A stretch of 5,638 nt of DNA from a virus, in the IMG/VR virus record IMGVR_UViG_3300011006_000493, positions 1-5,638 of that record; one strand, given 5' to 3'. This document shows, piece by piece, positions 1-5,110 of this stretch; the stretch's first letter is position 1; every line of letters begins with the position of its first letter. The translations under genes and the position numbers were made by a program. Under the pieces are notes generated by a model, which did not search any database, had not been told where the DNA came from, and worked only from the letters and a program-made list of their open reading frames with translations.

Positions 1-15
1 TGCCGCATCCACGCG

Positions 16-39
16 GGGCGTCGACCGGAGTCGACGCCC
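16..39 (+). other. Perfect 10-bp GC-rich stem-loop, possibly a terminator or RNA-stability hairpin for an upstream gene
   Basis: GGGCGTCGAC (16-25), loop CGGA (26-29), GTCGACGCCC (30-39) is an exact inverted repeat. Only a weak TTT follows at 48-50, so this is not a canonical intrinsic terminator. It could also lie inside the 3' end of an upstream CDS. Confidence 0.3.
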
Positions 40-120
40 GGGCCGCCTTTCGCCGTAGCGAAGAATCCGCCGACCCCTCGGACCAAATCGCGTCCCGACG
101 ACGAATAAGTGGATTGCAAG

Positions 121-194
121 CGCGGGATGGTGCAACGGTAGCATCCGGGGTTCATGCCCCCGGGCCGCCGGTTCGACTCCGGCTCCCGCAACCA
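121..194 (+). tRNA. tRNA-Met(CAU) with initiator (fMet)-like features and an encoded CCA end
   Basis: Hand-folded cloverleaf. Acceptor 121-127 CGCGGGA pairs with 184-190 TCCCGCA (six Watson-Crick pairs plus a C1:A72 mismatch). U8 is present. D-stem is 130-133 GTGC with 141-144 GCAT, and the D-loop AACGGTA contains GG. Anticodon stem is 146-150 CGGGG with 158-162 CCCCG. The loop 151-157 is TTCATGC, with anticodon CAT at 153-155. The variable loop is 4 nt (GGCC). T-stem is 167-171 GCCGG with 179-183 CCGGC, and the T-loop is TTCGACT. Discriminator is A191 and CCA is at 192-194. Confidence 0.85.
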
Positions 195-283
195 ATGTCG
201 TTCCACGCGGGCCTCCTGCCGGGTTTTCGCTCCTTTTACCGGCAATGCCCATTGGATGCGTGGATGCCCGGCCGGGGGCACGA

Positions 284-299
284 GCGGCGTGCACGCCGC
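284..299. promoter_or_regulatory. Perfect 16-bp palindrome GCGGCGTGCACGCCGC upstream of the gpW-like gene, a candidate protein-binding site or hairpin
   Basis: The 16 bases are an exact self-complement. They lie 38 nt upstream of the ATG at 337, in the non-coding gap after the tRNA. An 8-nt tandem repeat TGGATGCG/TGGATGCC sits just upstream at 253-268. Function is unknown. Confidence 0.25.
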
Positions 300-336
300 A
301 CCGGCCGCCTCTTCACGTTCAACACCATTCACCACC

Positions 337-549
337 ATGACGAGCAGGACGCGAATCGAACGGCTCCGCCGGCTCGCGGACCAGCCCAAGTCGGCCTCGG
401 TCGACGGGCAGGAGATGTCGAACCATTCCCTCTCCGAACAGCTCGCCCTCGAGAAGTATCTCGCGTCCGAGGAGGCCGCCGCCCCCGCGGACCGCAGCCG
501 CCACGGCATCCGCATCACGAAGATGCGGGCAGGAGGCGGACCATGCTAG
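337..549 (+). CDS. Small head-completion / head-tail joining protein, lambda gpW-like (70 aa)
   Basis: Starts at the internal ATG of the 154..549 ORF. Third-position GC is high from 337 onward, while the upstream part of that ORF overlaps the tRNA and reads as junk. The product is MTSRTRIERLRRLADQPKSASVDGQEMSNHSLSEQLALEKYLASEE... Its size, its pattern (helix, then V-DG-x-hydrophobic, then S-x-x-L-x-x-x-x-YL) and its position directly before a lambda-family portal all match gpW. Its stop TAG (547-549) overlaps the portal ATG at 543. Confidence 0.6.
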   Translation: MTSRTRIERLRRLADQPKSASVDGQEMSNHSLSEQLALEKYLASEEAAAPADRSRHGIRITKMRAGGGPC

Positions 550-1982
550 GATTCCTCAAGGGAAAGCGCGATCCGAAGCCGAACCGGAACGACGTCTTCA
601 AGAACGCCTACTCGCGCGGCTACGCGCGCGGCCGCTACGACGCCGCGCAGACCACGGGCGACAACGCCAAGCACTGGTCGTTCGCCGACTTCCTCTCGGC
701 CGATGCCGAGGCGGACGCCTCGGTGCGGCAGATTCTTCGCACCCGCGCGCGCTACGAAGTCGCCAACAACTCCTACGCCAAGGGCATCGTGCTCACCCTG
801 GCGAATGACGCGGTCGGCACCGGCCCGCGGCTGCAAATGCTCACGGGCAGCGACGACCTCAACCGACGAATCGAGCACGACTGGGGGCGCTGGGAGAAAG
901 CGGTGCATCTCGCCGAGAAGCTCCGCACCCTGCGGATGGCAAGGTGCCAGGACGGAGAAGCCTTCGTCCTTCTGGCCAACAACCCCAACCTGAGCGATCC
1001 GAGCGTGACGCTCGACCTGCAGCTGATCGAAGCCGACCGGGTTACGGAAGACAGATTCAACACCGATCCGAACTGCATCGACGGCATCACGCTGGACGCC
1101 TTCGGCAACCCCCGATCCTACCGGATTCTGCGATATCACCCCGGCGGCGAGGCCGCCTTCCTGAACGCAGCGAGGGACGTCGACGCGCGCCATATCGTGC
1201 ATCTGTTCCGGGAGGATCGCCCCGGGCAGCACAGAGGAGTGCCGGAGATCACCCCGGCGCTCCCCCTCTTCGCCAACCTGCGCCGCTATACCTTGGCCGT
1301 CGTCGCCGCCGCGGAGGCCGCCGCCGACTTCGCCGGCATCCTCTACACGGACGCCCCGGCGAACGGCGAGGCGGCCGACGTCGACCCGATGGACACGATC
1401 CAGCTCGAGAGGAACATGCTGCTCACGATCCCGGGCGGCTGGAAGATGTCGCAGCTCGACCCCAAGCAGCCCGCCACGAGCTACGGGGACTTCAAACGCG
1501 AGATCCTGAACGAGATCGCAAGGTGTTTGAACATCCCCTACAACATCGCAGCCGGCAACAGCTCGGGCTACAACTACGCCTCCGGGCGGCTCGACCACCA
1601 GACCTACTACAAGTCGATCACGGTCGAGCGCTCCTACATCGAGCGCACGCTGCTCGACCGCGAGTTCGCCCGATGGCTTCGGGAGTGGTCGCTCTCGACC
1701 GGCACGACCGTGGACGAGTGCGACTGCAAGCACACGTGGTTCTGGGATGGCGCCGAACACGTGGACCCCAACAAGGAAGCCTCCGCCCAGGCGACACGCC
1801 TCTCCTCCCTCACCACGACCCTCGCCGCGGAATACGCACGGCAGGGGAAGGACTGGGAAGTCGAGCTGCGGCAGCTCGCCCGCGAGCGCGAACTCAAGAA
1901 AGAACTCGGCCTCAAGAGCGGCCACGAACTCCAATACGGGAACCAACCCACGCATGAACAAGACTCCACCGGGGACGAGTGA
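543..1982 (+). CDS. Phage portal protein, lambda gpB family (479 aa)
   Basis: In frame with the 114..1982 ORF but starting at ATG 543. A perfect AGGAGG at 531-536 sits 6 nt upstream. The N-terminus (FKNAYSRGYARGRYDAAQTTGDNAKHWSFADFLSADAEADASVRQILRTRARYEVANNSYAKG) and the later GNSSGYNYASGRLDHQ segment recall conserved blocks of lambda-type portals. Third-position GC is strong throughout. Confidence 0.92.
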   Translation: MLGFLKGKRDPKPNRNDVFKNAYSRGYARGRYDAAQTTGDNAKHWSFADFLSADAEADASVRQILRTRARYEVANNSYAKGIVLTLANDAVGTGPRLQMLTGSDDLNRRIEHDWGRWEKAVHLAEKLRTLRMARCQDGEAFVLLANNPNLSDPSVTLDLQLIEADRVTEDRFNTDPNCIDGITLDAFGNPRSYRILRYHPGGEAAFLNAARDVDARHIVHLFREDRPGQHRGVPEITPALPLFANLRRYTLAVVAAAEAAADFAGILYTDAPANGEAADVDPMDTIQLERNMLLTIPGGWKMSQLDPKQPATSYGDFKREILNEIARCLNIPYNIAAGNSSGYNYASGRLDHQTYYKSITVERSYIERTLLDREFARWLREWSLSTGTTVDECDCKHTWFWDGAEHVDPNKEASAQATRLSSLTTTLAAEYARQGKDWEVELRQLARERELKKELGLKSGHELQYGNQPTHEQDSTGDE

Positions 1983-2538
1983 GTTCCTCGAAATCACGGC
2001 CGCCTCCGCCGGCGGCAAGCACCCCAAAGTGTCCGGCGTCGCCTACGGCGGCGGGAAGATGACGCTCTGGGGCTGGCCCAAGCCGGTCGTGGTCGACCTC
2101 GCCGGCATGACGGTGCCGGAGGAGGTCCCGCTCCTCGCCGACCACGAGAACCACACGCTCGGCCGCGTCGGCGTGGTGCGCGCCAAGCCCGTCGAAGGCC
2201 ACCTTGCCGTCGAAGGCGAGATCGTGGCGGACGGCGAGGTCGCCGACGCCATCGTTTCGCAGGCGAAGGCCGGTGCCGCCTGGCAGCTCTCCATCGGCGC
2301 CGAGGTCGAATCCTCGGAGCTGGTGGAGAAAGGCACCCGCACCGTCAACGGCGTCGAACACGAAGCGCCGTTCTACCACATCACCAAGTCCACCCTGCGC
2401 GAAGTGTCCGTGGTCGCGGTCGGGGCGGATCGTAACACGAAAATGAACGTCACGGCCACCCTGAACCTCACCGGAAACATCCAAAGCATGAAGAACGAAC
2501 CCGAAACCAAGCCCGTCGAGGCGGCCGTCAACGCGGCC
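1954..2538 (+). CDS. Prohead maturation protease domain, HK97 / Peptidase S78 type. It reads in frame 1 and has no stop codon of its own, so the end coordinate is the approximate point where coding signal leaves this frame.
   Basis: This is part of the 1747..4467 ORF, starting at ATG 1954 and overlapping the portal end by 29 nt. The motifs VSGVAYGG...VPLLADHENHTLGRVG...GHLAVEGEI...AGAAWQLSIGAEV...LREVSVVAVGADRNT fit the S78 layout, with a His in the LL-x-x-H block and a Ser in the SIG block. Third-position GC is good up to about 2538. After that the frame reads as an Arg/Pro/Gly-rich string with codons such as CGA, CAA, CGT, GGA and CAT. Confidence 0.8.
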
Positions 2539-2571
2539 CGATTCCGACACCAAGCCCGTGGAGGCGGCCAT
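2501..2571 (+). repeat. Direct repeat with a 43-nt period (25/28 identical) spanning the protease-to-capsid frame switch
   Basis: Copy 1 at 2501-2528 is CCGAAACCAAGCCCGTCGAGGCGGCCGT. Copy 2 at 2544-2571 is CCGACACCAAGCCCGTGGAGGCGGCCAT. Copy 1 encodes ETKPVEAA in frame 1 and copy 2 encodes DTKPVEAA in frame 2. The period equals 14 codons plus 1 nt. Confidence 0.9.
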
Positions 2572-3928
2572 GCCGCCCGCCCCGGCCCCCGACCCGGCGC
2601 TCGCCGCCCAGGAGGCCATCAAGGCCGAACGCGGCCGCGTGGCCGAGATCCGCAAGGTCTGCGCCGGCGAGTTCCCGGACCTCGAGGCGAAGGCCGTCGA
2701 CGAGGGCTGGGACCTCAACCGCACCACGGCCGCGGTCCTCGCCGCGTTCCGGCAGCGCGAGCCGGTCGCCGCCCCCAACGTCATCGTGAAGGCCGAGGCC
2801 CGCCCCGACCGCAAGACCCTCGAGGCGGCCGTGTGCCTCCGCGCCGGCATCTCCGAGGACGTCGTCGCGAAGGACTACGGCGAGCAGGTGGCCGAGGCCG
2901 CCATGCCCGACCGCGACCTCCCGCTGCGCGGCCTCCTCGCCGAGTGCCTCCGCATCGAGGGCAAGTCCGTCCCCCGCGCGATGGACAACGAGGCCATCAA
3001 GGCGGCGTTCTCCACGGTGTCGTTGCCCGGCATTCTCGGGAACGTGGCCAACAAGAAACTCCTGCAGTCCTACCGCGCGCAGCCCGTGATCGCCACGAAG
3101 CTCTGCACCGAAGGCGATCTGAACGACTTCAAGGAGTCGGACCGGTTCCGTCTCACCGACGTGGGCGACCTGCAGCCGGTCGCCGCGGACGGCGAGATCA
3201 AAGAGGGCGGGCTCACGGAGGAGCCGGCGCGCAACCAGATCGACACCTACGCCAAGAAGTTCTGCCTCACGCGCAAGATGGTCATCAACGACGACCTCGG
3301 GGCGTTCCTCAAGGTCCCGGTGGCGATGGGCAACCGCGCCGCCCGCCTGATCGACCAGCTCTTCTTCCGCAGGCTCCTCGCGAACCCCGCCCAGCTCGAC
3401 GGCAACCCGCTCTTCGGCAAGCAGCACAAGAACCTGCTTTCCGGCGCGACGTCGGCGCTCGGCGCGGACTCGCTCAAGAAGGCGATCCAGCTCTTCTTGG
3501 ACCAGGTGGACGCGGACGGCCAGCCCATCGCGGTCGAGCCCCGCATCCTGCTCGTCCCGACCGCCCTCAAGCACCAGGCGCTCGAGCTCACGCGCGGCAC
3601 GACCCTCATCATGTCCGGCGCCGAGAGCCCGACCCTGCGGCCGGCCCTGAACATCCTCTCCGACGAGAACCTCGAGGTCGTCTCCTCGCCCTACCTCGCC
3701 AACGCCAAGTACGAAGGCGCCTCCGAGACGGCGTGGTACCTCTTCGGGCAGCCGGGGACGGTGGACACGTTCGAGATCGGCTACCTCAAGGGCAAGCGCG
3801 CCCCGACGGTCGAACGCGGCGACACCGACTTCAACACGCTGGGCATCTGGTTCCGCGTGTACTTCGACGTCGGGGTGAGGGAGCAGGACCATCGCGGGAT
3901 GGTCAAGGCGACCGGAGCCGCCAACTAG
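2570..3928 (+). CDS. Major capsid protein with an N-terminal scaffold/delta-like linker. The same frame is probably also the C-terminal part of a protease-capsid fusion.
   Basis: Frame 2 is open from 2492, after a TGA at 2489-2491. The track starts this ORF at GTG 2558. ATG 2570 is preferred because GGAGG at 2560-2564 lies 5 nt upstream. The N-terminal part (AQEAIKAERGRVAEIRKVCAGEFPDLEAKAVDEGW...) looks like a helical scaffold region. The remainder, including SLPGILGNVANKKLL, MVINDDLGAF, EPRILLVPTALKHQALEL, WYLFGQPG and the C-terminal DFNTLGIWFRVYFDVGVREQDHRG, resembles capsid proteins annotated as prohead protease/major capsid fusion proteins. Confidence 0.88.
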   Translation: MPPAPAPDPALAAQEAIKAERGRVAEIRKVCAGEFPDLEAKAVDEGWDLNRTTAAVLAAFRQREPVAAPNVIVKAEARPDRKTLEAAVCLRAGISEDVVAKDYGEQVAEAAMPDRDLPLRGLLAECLRIEGKSVPRAMDNEAIKAAFSTVSLPGILGNVANKKLLQSYRAQPVIATKLCTEGDLNDFKESDRFRLTDVGDLQPVAADGEIKEGGLTEEPARNQIDTYAKKFCLTRKMVINDDLGAFLKVPVAMGNRAARLIDQLFFRRLLANPAQLDGNPLFGKQHKNLLSGATSALGADSLKKAIQLFLDQVDADGQPIAVEPRILLVPTALKHQALELTRGTTLIMSGAESPTLRPALNILSDENLEVVSSPYLANAKYEGASETAWYLFGQPGTVDTFEIGYLKGKRAPTVERGDTDFNTLGIWFRVYFDVGVREQDHRGMVKATGAAN

Positions 3929-3940
3929 CCGTCCCTCGCT

Positions 3941-4091
3941 CGCCCGGCCGCGTTCGCGACCGGGCGGCGACGGCCGAAAGCTCGCCGCTTCGCGGCTCGG
4001 CCTTCGGATCGCGAATGCGGACTTTCCAACCTTCGAACTTTCGAACAACCCTCAACCAAGCGTCCCAAGCCGCGAACGCGGCGTTGGGACG
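3941..4091 (+). other. Three strong GC stem-loops in the capsid-to-DUF2190 spacer
   Basis: Hairpin 1 (3941-3966): CGCCCGG-C-CGC, loop GTTC, GCG-A-CCGGGCG. Hairpin 2 (3972-4002): outer stem GGCCGA/TCGGCC, a 6-nt 5'-side internal loop AAGCTC, and inner stem GCCGC/GCGGC with loop TTC. Hairpin 3 (4061-4091): CGTCCCAAGCCGC, loop GAAC, GCGGC-G-TTGGGACG, giving 13 bp with one bulge. None is followed by a T-run. Confidence 0.5.
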
Positions 4092-4104
4092 CGCCCGAAT
4101 TCTC

Positions 4105-4467
4105 ATGATCACCTACGTTCAGCGCGGGGACATTCTCGACTACACCCCCGAAACCGACACGCCCGCCGGCACCCCGGTGAAGATCGGCGACCTCGTCGGC
4201 ATCACCAAGCTCGACATCAAGGCCGGCCAGCTCGGCGCCATCGCCCTCACCGGCGTCTACGAGGCGCCCAAGCCCGAAGGCGAGGAAATCGCCGCGGGCG
4301 CGGCCGTCGCCTACGACCCGGCCACCGGCACGGTCTCGGCCGCCCAGGCCACCACCGGCGGGGACTCCGGGGCCGGCGGGGACGCTCCCGCCAAGATCCC
4401 CATCGGCGTCGCCGTCGCGGACGCTCCCGCGAACGCGCTCACCGTCCGGTTCCTCCTTGGCCACTAA
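4105..4467 (+). CDS. DUF2190-family small head protein (decoration-protein-like position), 120 aa
   Basis: This is the terminal segment of the 1747..4467 ORF, starting at ATG 4105. The N-terminus MITYVQRGDILDYTPETDTPAGTPVKIGDLVGITKLDIKAGQLGAIALTGVYEAPK and the C-terminus IPIGVAVADAPANALTVRF match my recollection of DUF2190 proteins, which usually flank major capsid genes. Third-position GC is high. Confidence 0.75.
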   Translation: MITYVQRGDILDYTPETDTPAGTPVKIGDLVGITKLDIKAGQLGAIALTGVYEAPKPEGEEIAAGAAVAYDPATGTVSAAQATTGGDSGAGGDAPAKIPIGVAVADAPANALTVRFLLGH

Positions 4468-4473
4468 CCGCCT

Positions 4474-4506
4474 GCGGGGGCGCCGGGCCAGCCCCGGCGC
4501 TCCCGC
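4474..4506 (+). terminator. 14-bp GC-rich hairpin 6 nt after the DUF2190 stop, a possible leaky terminator or mRNA-stabilising element
   Basis: GCGGGGGCGCCGGG (4474-4487), loop CCAGC (4488-4492), CCCGGCGCTCCCGC (4493-4506), giving 13 Watson-Crick pairs plus one G:U. It is followed by the G-poor stretch ACAAGTTCCAAGTTTCCC, which has only a short T-run. Confidence 0.45.
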
Positions 4507-4524
4507 ACAAGTTCCAAGTTTCCC

Positions 4525-4875
4525 ATGAACCTGCTCCGCCAAGCCATCGACTGGCTGCGCGACGCGGAGTTCTCGACCCTGGTCGAGCCGGTGGTCTACC
4601 ACCGGCCCGGCCGGGCGCCGGCGTCCGTCAACGCCATCGTCGGAAGAACCGTGTTCAAGCAGACCAACGAGAGCGGCGCGTTCGTGAGGACGCAGACCCG
4701 CGACTTTCTGATCGGCAGGAACAACCTCGACCGCGAGCCCGCCGCCGGCGACACCATCGCCTACGACGGCCGCACCTACGAGGTGATGGCGCCGGGCGGC
4801 GAGCCCGTCTGGCGGTGGAGCGACCCGTACCACCAGGTCTATCGCATCCACACCAAGTGCGTCTCGGAGGAATGA
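4525..4875 (+). CDS. Head-tail joining / head-closure protein (SPP1 gp16 or lambda FII-like beta-barrel class), 116 aa
   Basis: Complete ORF with high third-position GC. The pattern ...VNAIVGRTVF...FVRTQTRDFLI...AGDTIAYDGRTYEVM...YRIHTK resembles head-tail joining families, and the gene sits just after the capsid and decoration genes. The functional call is by resemblance and synteny only. Confidence 0.65.
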   Translation: MNLLRQAIDWLRDAEFSTLVEPVVYHRPGRAPASVNAIVGRTVFKQTNESGAFVRTQTRDFLIGRNNLDREPAAGDTIAYDGRTYEVMAPGGEPVWRWSDPYHQVYRIHTKCVSEE

Positions 4876-4879
4876 CACC

Positions 4880-5110
4880 ATGCCCGAACACGAAGACTCC
4901 ATCTACGAATCTGTCAACCGCTGCCGTATGGACATCGCGGAACTCAGGGGTATGATAACCATGCATTTCCGCGACGGAGAACACCACCATCCGCCCTGCG
5001 TTCCGGCCCAGCAGATGCAGCGCACCCTGCTCACCGCCACCGGCGCGGCCGTGCTTTCGCTCGTGTCCGCTCTCGGCCTGCTCCTCATGGAGTTCCTGAA
5101 GCATGGGTAG
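4880..5110 (+). CDS. Small hypothetical protein with a C-terminal transmembrane anchor (76 aa)
   Basis: ATG 4880 has GGAGG at 4866-4870. Third-position GC is about four-fifths by hand count, which supports real coding. The N-terminal 45 aa are polar and include HFRDGEHHHPPC. The C-terminus TLLTATGAAVLSLVSALGLLLMEFL is a single hydrophobic helix. The stop overlaps the next start (ATGGGTAG). Confidence 0.65.
   Translation: MPEHEDSIYESVNRCRMDIAELRGMITMHFRDGEHHHPPCVPAQQMQRTLLTATGAAVLSLVSALGLLLMEFLKHG

Noticed and set aside
1-108. Possible 3' end of an upstream CDS. Frame 1 is open to TAA 106-108, and frame 2 is open to TAG 56-58.
   Set aside because: It is not reported as a feature. Two frames are equally open, only about 35 codons are visible, no motif is recognisable, and a strong hairpin (16-39) sits inside it. 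It is plausible but cannot be supported from this window alone.
8-211. 10-nt direct repeat TCCACGCGGG at 8-17 and 202-211 flanking the tRNA, considered as a possible target-site duplication or att core
   Set aside because: A single exact 10-mer match is expected by chance several times in a GC-biased 5.6-kb window. There is no extended similarity around either copy.
114-542. N-terminal extension of the portal ORF, which the track starts at TTG 114 (622 aa)
   Set aside because: The extension runs straight through the tRNA gene and the gpW-like gene in another frame. It reads as Arg/Pro/Gly-rich junk. The ATG at 543 has a perfect AGGAGG 6 nt upstream, and the recognisable portal sequence begins there.
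944-1957. Off-frame + strand ORFs: 944-1957, 703-993, 2204-2446, 5134-5400, 5168-5500, and the 154-336 part of 154-549
   Set aside because: Their translations are Arg/Pro/Ser-rich and low in complexity. They lie entirely inside better-supported genes, or over the tRNA in the case of 154-336, and lack the third-position GC bias of the real frames.
546-2027. 493-aa minus-strand ORF antisense to the portal. The same applies to minus-strand ORFs 319-504, 773-1108, 1634-1969, 1912-2850, 2043-2348, 2528-4048, 3247-3654, 3903-4112, 3925-4902, 4655-5104, 4903-5088 and 5085-5498.
   Set aside because: These are typical high-GC antisense shadow ORFs. They are rich in Arg, Gly, Ala, Val, Leu and Pro, with very few Lys, Asn, Ile, Phe or Tyr. 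They have no recognisable motifs, and each fully overlaps a + strand gene with clear homology-like motifs and codon periodicity.
2536-2541. GCC-CGA as a dedicated programmed +1 frameshift site, by analogy with sites where a slow codon follows an Ala codon
   Set aside because: It is kept only as the least likely option in the main finding. The zero frame has no nearby stop, the P-site tRNA cannot re-pair in the +1 frame, and I see no stimulatory SD-like element or downstream structure. A 1-nt indel in the CCC run explains the data more simply.
4312-4410. Gly/Asp/Ala-rich stretch (AAQATTGGDSGAGGDAPAK) in the DUF2190-like protein, considered as a possible lineage-specific surface-loop insertion
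   Set aside because: I cannot establish that it is an insertion without an alignment to family members. It may simply be normal loop variability.
1747-4467. 906-aa ORF taken as one protein
   Set aside because: It is a composite. Only 1954 to about 2538 (protease) and 4105-4467 (DUF2190-like) show protein-like sequence and third-position GC in this frame. The middle 1.5 kb is the +2 shadow of the capsid gene, which stays open because T-initial stop codons are rare when the real third positions are G or C.
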